A stretch of DNA of 32,000 bases from Acaryochloris marina MBIC11017 (GCF_000018105.1 NC_009925.1:1320001-1352000), one strand, 5' to 3'. Positions 1-7,351 are shown, counted from the stretch's first letter. A program made the numbers and translations. Notes: generated from the letters alone by a model not told the origin.

Positions 1-98
1 CCTTATTGAGTATTAGACTCTATAAGTGAGAAAAATTAATCCTAAAAGTCTTGTCAGTACTAACTTACAGCGATCCTGTGGGAGAAAATAGACGTATC

Positions 99-380
99 TC
101 AGCACAACCCCTCAATCAACTGCTGCCATTCTGTATGCCCTATCATGAGTTTTTTAGAGCAGCCCAAAGCATCTTTTCGTAATTGGGTCAGCATCTCTTG
201 GGTTTGATTGTTCGCAATGGCTTTGCGTGCAGCTGTAAATAATAGGCCCCACTTTCGCTGCTGATTGTCGCCTTCTATGATATTGAGCTTGGCTCTGGCA
301 TAAGAGAGAGTGTAGCTGTACCCATCAGATTGGTCTAAAGCGTTGACTAAGACTTGCCATTCGGGATGTCCCGTAGCCAT
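99..380 (-). CDS. hypothetical small protein (93 aa) with internal GH(P/T)EWQ repeat
   Basis: ATG-initiated ORF with GGAG about 11 nt upstream. The N-terminal MATGHPEWQVLVNAL is echoed by the C-terminal MIGHTEWQQLIEGL. No family recognised. Confidence 0.4.
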   Translation of the reverse strand: MATGHPEWQVLVNALDQSDGYSYTLSYARAKLNIIEGDNQQRKWGLLFTAARKAIANNQTQEMLTQLRKDALGCSKKLMIGHTEWQQLIEGLC

Positions 381-499
381 TCGTTGAAAGACTCCAGAGG
401 TATCTTAATTAAGTCGAGCCAACATAGCGAGGGCTTCGTTATTTGCGATCGCAGCTTCTGCAGCCAGATACAGTTTCTCCAACCCCTGTTAATGGCTTG

Positions 500-1560
500 G
501 GCTATTGATATCGTCTCCTAATCGTCTCCCTGCTCATCAGATGAGTGGCGGTTGCTACCCTCGTTACCCCCTCGCCAGTCTGCCCCTCGGGGGCTTGCTC
601 CAGCAGTGCGCTTCGCGCGGCTACCAACAACAGCGCCGATAAAGGTACCACACAGCGGCTTTCTTGCAACCCCTCTGGTACTCCTGCTCTTCGCTTCGCT
701 AGGTAGTGAGTCTGCGATCGCAAACCAGTATCAGGCTCCGCTGCGTTTAGTCCGTGTCCTCGCAAGCGGTTGGGGGCTGATATGGTTGTGCACTGCACTT
801 TTTCCTTGGGGAGCACCCCATACCCCCGACCCAACCAGGGTGGCAACGCCGGGCAACATGTGGTTTCCAAAGAGCGTTGTTGCTGGTTATTCGCCATGCT
901 TCTTCAGTTGTTTCTATTCGTTTTTATAGGGGTTACCATGCTGACTTTGCTTCGTTCTCCCACGCCTTCCGTCCAGTTGCCTTCAGCCATGCCTTCTGGG
1001 GCTTGGTCTTGCTGCTTCTTGCGGTTGTCCGGGTCGGGCTGGGCCGAGTTAGCGGGGGTTCCTGTGGCCTCTGTCGATCCGGCGGTGGCTAAGCTCCAGG
1101 CCATGGGGGCGTCTCGGGTCTCTGTGGTGTCTTCTGGTGCCCAGTTGTGCGTCATTCGGTTTCAGGCTCAGCGGTCGGTGTTGCTGGAGTTATCCAATGC
1201 ATTTCCCAGTGCTTGCCGGGTGGCTTAGTTCGGTTTGGGTCGGGACCTTTGGGCCTCGGCCCTTTTTTTATTGGCTGGTATCCTGAAGAAGCAAGAAAGG
1301 GTCTGGTGTTCAGCCGCTTCCGTTTCACTGCAGCCGCTTCACCGATGTTGCCAACATTAAGGGCACCGCTGTCACTCCGTTCCACCCGTGCCTCGGTGGG
1401 AAGCACAGCCTATCGAGAAACTACACTGGCGCTCATTCCGCGCCGACGGGCAATTCTAGCTCCGCTCATTGCAATCGCTCCGCTATGCTCACCCTAGGGC
1501 GCTCCATTCGCTGAGTTAAGAGGGAAAGTGGGAGAAGAGCGAGAGGGTAAGGGTTTACGG
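500..1560. other. GC-rich tract of ambiguous coding status (decayed small genes or structured RNA)
   Basis: Long ORFs are open on both strands (minus 502-897, 904-1155, 1152-1406; plus 552-929, 770-1228, 1147-1497), none with a recognisable family. G+C is 40/60 in 541-600 versus 27/60 in 5041-5100. There are many short GC hairpins, e.g. GCCCC-TCG-GGGGC near 581-593. Confidence 0.5.
1251..1269 (+). terminator. short GC hairpin (GGGC-CTCG-GCCC) followed by T7
   Basis: GGGCCTCGGCCC at 1251-1262 is followed directly by TTTTTTT at 1263-1269, which is 23 nt after the stop of the plus-strand ORF 938-1228. The stem is only 4-5 bp, so this is weak. Confidence 0.3.
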
Positions 1561-1590
1561 GATTTGGGTTGTGTATCAATGATTTCACAT

Positions 1591-2049
1591 CTAAAGCAGT
1601 GTCAGCTGCTCACTCTGTAACCATGATGGGATATCGATCTCTGCCAGTGGGTGCAGTTTTACTGGGATTCCCAGACCAACCGCTAGGGCAATTGTCCCCC
1701 AAGTTCCTGATCCAGCAGCTCCTGTGGGCCAACTTCGACTCGGTATCAACTGGTGTGGGGCAGGCTTGTTCGGCCAAGCGTGGAGTGTACCCACTGCTGT
1801 TGCGAGTGCCTTAATCATGCGAGTGCTGCGTTCTACCCCCTGGGCGCGGTGGGGTAACTCAGATCGTTTCTCATAGATCTGTAAATTCAGATGATGGGTT
1901 TGACCTATAGATCGAGCCAGTTTATCTAAACCAGAAGCATCCCCAACTAGCCAGTTTGGATAAATCTTCAATCTCTGTAAGTCACTCAAAGCCTTGGTCC
2001 GCTGATGAGCGGTCAGTTGGCGGGGGCCAGTGACGGCAATGGTTTGCAC
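1591..2049 (-). CDS. SLOG/DprA-like Rossmann-fold protein (DUF2493-like), 152 aa
   Basis: GTG start with GGGAGG 10 nt upstream. Motifs IAVTGPR, VGDASGLD and AAGSGTWGTIALAVGLGIPV resemble the DprA/SLOG nucleotide-binding fold. Family assignment is from memory only. Confidence 0.5.
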   Translation of the reverse strand: MQTIAVTGPRQLTAHQRTKALSDLQRLKIYPNWLVGDASGLDKLARSIGQTHHLNLQIYEKRSELPHRAQGVERSTRMIKALATAVGTLHAWPNKPAPHQLIPSRSWPTGAAGSGTWGTIALAVGLGIPVKLHPLAEIDIPSWLQSEQLTLL

Positions 2050-2075
2050 AGTGTCTTGACCTCCCGCTGTTGTTA

Positions 2076-2546
2076 CTAGATGCTAAATTTCTGCTTGGCC
2101 GCAATAAACAAACTACTGGCAGCACATCTCACGGATTCTTCTTCTGTTGCCATTCCCCCTAGCTGGTTGGCTGCTTGCCCCCAGCAATAGCGGTAGAGCT
2201 TACTCATCTCTTGCACATAGGTGGCAATGGCTTGTTTGGTGTTTTGTTCAAGTAGACCTGGCTCATCGCTGTTAGCTTGAGTATCATTCACCAACATAAT
2301 GTTGTGTTTGGGTTTGCCATTGCGATCCATACCCGCTGGCACTAGCTTCACCTGGTCTCCTCTCATCAGCTGGCTAACTTCATCCCCTGAAAGGTTCTTC
2401 CAAATCTTGGCGGCATCCGACCCATCTGGTTGGGAGAGATCCATAAACAGGGTGGGATAGTAATACGTGCCCACCTCATAGCTGGATTCTCTCGGTTTAC
2501 CGATGGCCTCAACCCGACAGAGCAACGGGGTTACAACTTTTGCCAT
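2076..2546 (-). CDS. hypothetical protein, 156 aa
   Basis: ATG start with GGAGA about 10 nt upstream and protein-like composition. Same strand as, and 26 nt from, the next gene. No family recognised. Confidence 0.55.
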   Translation of the reverse strand: MAKVVTPLLCRVEAIGKPRESSYEVGTYYYPTLFMDLSQPDGSDAAKIWKNLSGDEVSQLMRGDQVKLVPAGMDRNGKPKHNIMLVNDTQANSDEPGLLEQNTKQAIATYVQEMSKLYRYCWGQAANQLGGMATEEESVRCAASSLFIAAKQKFSI

Positions 2547-2582
2547 TGTTCATCTTTCTCCAATCTTTTGTAGTGATGGCTG

Positions 2583-2613
2583 GCAAAGGGGAGAGGTTAC
2601 CCTCCCCCTTTGC
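2583..2613 (-). promoter_or_regulatory. intercistronic stem-loop (13 bp, one bulge, tetraloop)
   Basis: GCAAAGGGG(A)GAGG-TTAC-CCTCCCCCTTTGC. It begins 2 nt after the stop of the 62-aa ORF and lies 37 nt before the start of the 156-aa ORF. No U-run follows on the minus strand. Confidence 0.5.
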
Positions 2614-2614
2614 T

Positions 2615-2803
2615 CTAGAATTCGTCGTAATCCGAATCGGTGTAGACCCAATCGCAGTCTTGATCTGGGTCTACACCATGACAGCGTTGACCATCGTGGG
2701 TTTCTTCATAGAGTTGGGCAGAGGGCTGAGCGTCATCAGGTGTCTGATGGCGAACTTGCAGTTCTAAGTCTCGTTCCTCGTTTTCTGGCAATGTCAGTAT
2801 CAT
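2615..2803 (-). CDS. small highly acidic protein, 62 aa
   Basis: ATG start with GAGG about 9 nt upstream. It has 18 D/E versus 3 K/R residues and is the first gene downstream of the predicted promoter at 2882-2910. Confidence 0.45.
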   Translation of the reverse strand: MILTLPENEERDLELQVRHQTPDDAQPSAQLYEETHDGQRCHGVDPDQDCDWVYTDSDYDEF

Positions 2804-2881
2804 AGATGTACCTCATCTTTGGTGAGTGGAGAGCGTTTCAGTTGTCTAGGCTGGGGGCGCTCTCCTGCTATTTATAAATAC

Positions 2882-2910
2882 ATTATACAACTTTAGCTTG
2901 TATAAATCAA
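2882..2910 (-). promoter_or_regulatory. sigma70-type promoter for the minus-strand operon, overlapped by a palindromic operator
   Basis: The minus strand reads TTGATT (2910-2905), a 17-nt spacer, then TATAAT (2887-2882). The inverted repeat TTATACAA-N7-TTGTATAA (2883-2905) fills the spacer and overlaps the -10 element. Confidence 0.5.
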
Positions 2911-3025
2911 CAACTTAAAATTGTATTTTTACCCTTATAAGATGGTTTTTGAATACTTGGAGTGCTATTAAAAACCCTGATGGCTGTAGAATTACACTTT
3001 AGAGCAGATTTCTATAGGTAAAACT

Positions 3026-3271
3026 TTGATCAAGTGGCATCTCAGAGAAGTGATGGCTAGATATCGGATAAAGGGCGTTGATCTAGCCGAGGAAATGGGA
3101 ATGAGTACCAACTCGATCAGTAATCTCAGGAAAGCTGACTCATTACCTCGCATTGATGGTCACACCTTAAATTCTTTATGCATGAGCTTAAGGCGCTTGT
3201 CGCGAGTGGATATCACACCTACCGACTTAATTGAGTTTATTGTGGATGATGAAAAGGCCAAGACTCGTTAG
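3026..3271 (+). CDS. XRE/Cro-type helix-turn-helix transcriptional regulator (81 aa, or 72 aa from ATG 3053)
   Basis: The segment GVDLAEEMGMSTNSISNLRKADSLPRIDGHTLNSLCMSL is a typical HTH_26/XRE helix-turn-helix. The gene is divergent from the 2803 operon. The track start is TTG; an in-frame ATG lies at 3053. Confidence 0.75.
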   Translation: MIKWHLREVMARYRIKGVDLAEEMGMSTNSISNLRKADSLPRIDGHTLNSLCMSLRRLSRVDITPTDLIEFIVDDEKAKTR

Positions 3272-3299
3272 TACAGTTACCTGCTATGCAACTGGCTTA

Positions 3300-4243
3300 T
3301 CATCGGGCCGATACATTTTCATCGAGTAATTTCTGAAAGGCATCGACTGACTCAACTAAGATCGCATCTTTGAAGAGTGCTTGCAGTTGTTCTGCATCAT
3401 GCAGTTGGGCAACTTGATCAGTGATTTCGTCGGGCACTGGCCCAAAGCGAACCTCCAAAGCATCAATAATGCTAGATTGCTTGGTTCTTAATGCTGCTCG
3501 CCGTTCAACACTAGTGACATACGGCATTTCTCTTTCCTCTTCAAAAGCACTCAACTCATCGTCAAATTGATTCTCCAGCGCTGCTGGTAGAGTCATCACC
3601 CAATCAATAAACCGAAAGAGTTCAAGAATGTCTTCTCGATCATAGCCTCGTTCATACAATCCTTTCACTATCTTCAATTTCCACTTTAGGCGGTCCTCCA
3701 TATCCTCATCTGTGGCTTGAGCCTGTAGATGGGCCACTACGATCACTGAAAAAGGATTGGAACTCTGCTCCAATTCAGATAACTGGGATTCATAATCCAG
3801 AAGCTTCACTATTGGAAAGTCAAGACTTACCCGACATCCCCAAAAAGAGACTTGCTATATCCTGCAGGTCGCCAGCTCACTCGCTTGTCTGCCAAAATCG
3901 CAAGGGTAACGACGGGGAGATTATAGCGATCCCGAAGCCGATAGTGATACACAAACATTCGCTCTGCGAAGTTAGCCTCATAGGATCCCTGAACTTCCAA
4001 ATGCAGCAGTACCCAGGTCTCACTTCCATCCCGTCGCCAAACCTTGACCAACTTATCAACTAACCGTCTGCCCAGTTCAGCATCCCTAACAACTTGCTGT
4101 AATTCCTTGTCTAGAAATTCCCAACCCCGCTCCCAATCAATCTCTGTATGGATTAGAGGGAAAAGGAATTCCAAAGCCTGCGGAAAATAGCGCTCTAGAG
4201 CCTCCTTCCAAGGTGAGTCATAGTCAGAGTAGGTCAGGCATAG
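3300..4243 (-). pseudogene. Rpn-family PD-(D/E)XK recombination-promoting nuclease / putative transposase, frameshifted
   Basis: ORFs 3827-4174 and 3300-3809 are consecutive parts of one family member. The upstream frame stays open to 4243 and encodes the conserved YSDYDSPWKEALERYFPQALEFLFP without an ATG/GTG/TTG start. Moving into the frame one nucleotide back (-1) at the plus-strand A5 run 3842-3846 restores SLFWGCRVSLDFPIVKLLDYESQ. The C-terminal part carries the DUF4351-like motif ILELFRFIDWVMTLP. Confidence 0.7.
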
Positions 4244-4350
4244 TTATCACCTGTACAGGCAGCAAAATAGCCCCATCACATTATCATCAACTGAAGCAGG
4301 GCTCTCAGCCTGCTTTCTTGATGCCGAAAGCCATCGCCCCAGCCAACAAC

Positions 4351-4401
4351 TGATTGAGATAAGGATTGAGATAAAACTTATTGAGATAAGGATTGAGATA
4401 A
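4351..4401 (+). repeat. four copies of ATTGAGATAA arranged as a 27-bp tandem duplication
   Basis: Copies lie at 4353-4362, 4365-4374, 4380-4389 and 4392-4401. The unit (T/A)TTGAGATAAGGATTGAGATAA occurs twice. Confidence 0.85.
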
Positions 4402-4443
4402 CCCGAAAGCACTTACCTAAAAGGGATAAGAGAATTCGCTTGA

Positions 4444-4490
4444 CTCGATTCGTAATCGAGCGGCCGTGCGTTCAAATCGCATCATCGGCT
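4444..4490 (+). other. truncated tRNA-Thr(CGU) 3' portion (anticodon arm to discriminator); putative att site remnant
   Basis: The sequence reads CTCGA-TTCGTAA-TCGAG, CGGCC, GTGCG-TTCAAAT-CGCAT, CATCGGC-T. No matching 5' acceptor strand (GCCGATG) or D arm lies upstream. Confidence 0.6.
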
Positions 4491-4767
4491 TCCTACATCC
4501 ATCAGGATCGAGAAGCATCAAATCAGGCTTTTAGGGAATATCGACAGATGGGTTGCGTACACTATTCAATCTGCTCTGGGCAGAGAACGGTGCTATCTAT
4601 CGCCCCACCAAGAGCCTAAGATCCTTGGAAATCACCAGGTCAGCGGAAGATCCAGAACTCCCTAGATTCAGCTTACCCATAGCTAAAACCTGGTGACTTG
4701 CACGGGCTACCTGTGGCATCCAATCTCAAAATTTACACCTCAAGCACGATGCAATCTCATTGGAGAA

Positions 4768-5571
4768 TTAGGCGTCTAATAGCAGCGAGGATTTAAGGGA
4801 TCGACAAAACGTACTAATTGCAGATAAACCCTGGCTGGGACTGCCTTCACTCAACCGATTCACAAATGCACTCCCCACAATCGCTGCATCCGCGCCCCAA
4901 TCCATGACTTGGCGAGCATGTTCGGTTCGAGAGATGCCAAAACCAACGCCGATGGGTTTATCTGTGACTTGTCGTAAATCAGCAATTAAATCTTGGACGC
5001 GGTTTTCCACCTTGGTGCGCATCCCCGTGACCCCAGTGGTGCTCACGAGGTAGATAAAGCCTTGCGATCGCAAGGCAATTTTCTCAATCCGTTCTTTAGA
5101 GCTAGTCGGTGCAACCAGCAATGTCACTTCAATTCCCAAGTCAGCCGCTTGCTGCAAGAGGTTCTCCGACTCTTCCAAGGGAAGATCCGGTACCACTAAC
5201 CCTCGCACACCTGCTTTCGCAATCTGCTGCAGAAACTCTGCAACACCGCGATGATAGATAGGGTTGTAGTAGGTAAATAAAATAATAGGGGCTCGAATTT
5301 CGGGGGAAAGCTCTGTCACCATCTCTAAGACCTGATCGAGCCGGGTCCCCCGCTGTAAGGCTCGAGTTGCTGCAGCCTGGATTACGGGACCATCTGCCAG
5401 GGGATCAGAATAGGGAACCCCTAATTCGATCAAATCTGCCCCACTCGCATCCAGTTGGCGTAGTGCACTGGCAGTGGTTGCTAAATCTGGATCTCCAGCC
5501 GTTAAGAAGGGAATTAAGGCGCACTGGCCGCGATCACGCAATTGGGCAAAACAATCAGAAACAGAGGTCAT
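4768..5571 (-). CDS. trpA: tryptophan synthase alpha chain
   Basis: 267 aa with full-length TrpA motifs ([45 protein letters not shown]). Confidence 0.95.
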   Translation of the reverse strand: MTSVSDCFAQLRDRGQCALIPFLTAGDPDLATTASALRQLDASGADLIELGVPYSDPLADGPVIQAAATRALQRGTRLDQVLEMVTELSPEIRAPIILFTYYNPIYHRGVAEFLQQIAKAGVRGLVVPDLPLEESENLLQQAADLGIEVTLLVAPTSSKERIEKIALRSQGFIYLVSTTGVTGMRTKVENRVQDLIADLRQVTDKPIGVGFGISRTEHARQVMDWGADAAIVGSAFVNRLSEGSPSQGLSAISTFCRSLKSSLLLDA

Positions 5572-5573
5572 GA

Positions 5574-5876
5574 CTATTCAGTCTCATCGTCAATAGAAGC
5601 TTGTAAGGCTTCGAGTTCTTCCGGAGTCATTTCTTGCAGGCGCTTTTCCAGCAGGGCATTTTCATAGTCCTCCCGCTGTTGGTTATAGGTCATATTGCCC
5701 GTCACTACCCGCAGGAAGTAGGACGCCACCCAGCCCAAGAGTCCGGCAGCGAAAATAACTTGGCTCCAGACCCCTGCACTTTGGGGTTCAATACCGGCAT
5801 ATCTTAGCCCTACGTAGATCAGTCCCCCGGCCAAAAATACACCGAGACCAATTGCGATCGCATCTATTCGGCGCAT
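5574..5876 (-). CDS. small membrane protein, DUF3007-like (100 aa)
   Basis: Two predicted TM helices followed by an acidic C-terminal helix. Its stop lies 2 nt before the trpA start. The cyanobacterial ndhL-DUF3007-trpA arrangement is recalled from memory. Confidence 0.65.
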   Translation of the reverse strand: MRRIDAIAIGLGVFLAGGLIYVGLRYAGIEPQSAGVWSQVIFAAGLLGWVASYFLRVVTGNMTYNQQREDYENALLEKRLQEMTPEELEALQASIDDETE

Positions 5877-5880
5877 GGGC

Positions 5881-6117
5881 TCAAATTTTGCGAGGTTGGG
5901 GACGGAAATTCAAAAAAGGGCTAAGCAGGAGCAAGCTGGGGAAGAAAAAGAACACTAGAAAGTACATAAACCCACGCTCTAAAGAACTAGCAACATACCA
6001 GCGCTTTTGGAGATAGAAATAGGTAATAGCGGGCATCACCAGCAGATAGCCACCCAACAGTCCCAATAAGAGGATTAAATTAACAACCATAGAAATTGGA
6101 TATTTAGTCAAGTCCAA
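5881..6117 (-). CDS. ndhL: NAD(P)H-quinone oxidoreductase subunit L
   Basis: 78 aa with two TM helices and the NdhL-like motif [36 protein letters not shown]. The start is TTG; an alternative ATG lies at 6090. Confidence 0.65.
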   Translation of the reverse strand: MDLTKYPISMVVNLILLLGLLGGYLLVMPAITYFYLQKRWYVASSLERGFMYFLVFFFFPSLLLLSPFLNFRPQPRKI

Positions 6118-6232
6118 GGAGTTTAGAACAGGCTGGCATACAGCCTCAAGGACGAAGTCCTATGCATTTTGCCCTCTTATTCTACCTTGCAGGCAGCCTT
6201 CCCCCCAGAATTAACCGTAGGTCCCTAACATC

Positions 6233-7309
6233 TCAGCTAATTTCAGACTCATCAGACCCTAACAGTTCAGCAATTTTCTGTTCTAGGGCCTTTACTCGCT
6301 GGACCAGTTCGGGTAACCGTTTAACCATCGCCATAGCCCGCAGCCACAGTCGATGATTAATGGCTGGATAGCCCGCTACCTTAGAATCTGGGTTCAAAGA
6401 TTGGTGAACGCCACTTTGAGCAGCAACCGTCGTTCGCGCTCCCAAAGTGACTTGCCCTGAAATACCCACTTGTCCCGCCAAAATCACCTGCTGCTCTAAT
6501 TTTGTTGCCCCCGCCAAACCCACCTGAGCACAAATTAGGCTATCCGCTCCAATCTGACTACCATGGCCAATCTGGACGAGATTATCGATCTTCGTCCCCG
6601 CGCCTATACGAGTCTCACCAACAGCTGGCCGATCAATGGTTGTATTGCAGCCCACCACGACCTGATCCTCGAGGATCGTCTGCCCCGATTGGGGCATTGG
6701 ATACCAACGATGTGCTTGATCTACAACAGGGACAAACCCAAACCCCTCCGCTCCAATCACCGCCCCACTATGAATGACACAATCAGCCCCAATAATCGTG
6801 CGTTCATGAATCACACAGTTGGCATGGAGAACAGTGCGATCCCCCACTACCACCCCTGGATAAATCACTACATTGGGAAAAATTTGTACTTCATTTCCTA
6901 AATGGACATCTGCATGGATCACCACATGAGCTCCAACCCCAACGCCTTCTCCTACTTCAGCCGTCGTGTCAATGACAGCAGTAGCATGGCAGACCGGCGG
7001 TAATCGCCACGGTTGATAAAAGCAGTTCAGGGCTCGGGCAAACCAATATCGTGGATGTTCTATCGCAAACCAAGCAATCCTCCTAGACGTCGCCAGAGCT
7101 TGTAATTCAACATCAGGAGGCAATATCAAGGCACTCGCTTGAGTGTTTTGCATCAGGTGACCCCGTTGTGAGCCTTCTACAAAACTAAGGGTTCCAGGGT
7201 AAGCCCGATCCAGCGCTGCACATCCTTCTAGGGTGGGATCCGTTAGGGGACAGCTCATGGCGACAGGCGTGACAGCAAGCCGCTCCATCAGCTCACTCAA
7301 CTTCATCAT
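6233..7309 (-). CDS. lpxD: UDP-3-O-acylglucosamine N-acyltransferase
   Basis: Extended left-handed beta-helix hexapeptide repeats plus the LpxD N-terminal domain. The ORF opens at GTG 7318, but ATG 7309 (MMKLSEL) has AGAGGGG 8 nt upstream. Confidence 0.9.
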   Translation of the reverse strand: MMKLSELMERLAVTPVAMSCPLTDPTLEGCAALDRAYPGTLSFVEGSQRGHLMQNTQASALILPPDVELQALATSRRIAWFAIEHPRYWFARALNCFYQPWRLPPVCHATAVIDTTAEVGEGVGVGAHVVIHADVHLGNEVQIFPNVVIYPGVVVGDRTVLHANCVIHERTIIGADCVIHSGAVIGAEGFGFVPVVDQAHRWYPMPQSGQTILEDQVVVGCNTTIDRPAVGETRIGAGTKIDNLVQIGHGSQIGADSLICAQVGLAGATKLEQQVILAGQVGISGQVTLGARTTVAAQSGVHQSLNPDSKVAGYPAINHRLWLRAMAMVKRLPELVQRVKALEQKIAELLGSDESEIS

Positions 7310-7351
7310 TGAGGTCACCCCTCTACTACTATCCGAGCAAACTTGTAATGG

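Noticed and set aside
552-1497. Plus-strand ORFs 552-929, 770-1228 (full length), 877-1092 and 1147-1497 as protein genes
   Set aside because: Their products are S/L/C/R/P-rich with almost no acidic or lysine residues, which is typical of antisense or GC-driven open frames. Only the 938-1228 sub-ORF has any supporting signals, and it is discussed as an unresolved alternative.
3842-3846. Programmed ribosomal frameshifting in the Rpn-family gene
   Set aside because: The gene also lacks a start codon for its conserved N-terminus, so simple decay is the more economical explanation. Homopolymer slippage is mentioned only as something to check.
3812-4063. ORFs 3812-4063 (+) and 3877-4059 (-) as genes
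   Set aside because: They lie entirely inside the Rpn-family pseudogene in other frames and show no family resemblance.
4351-4401. CRISPR array
   Set aside because: The repeats are only 10 nt long, with 2-5 nt between them. There are no spacer-sized unique segments and no cas genes in the window.
4417-4490. A complete tRNA gene at this position
   Set aside because: The anticodon arm, T arm and 3' acceptor strand are present. The ~27 nt upstream cannot form a D arm or pair with CATCGGC, so it is treated as a fragment.
6162-6356. ORF 6162-6356 (+)
   Set aside because: It runs from the ndhL-lpxD intergenic region into the antisense strand of the lpxD 3' end, has low-complexity content and has no start context.
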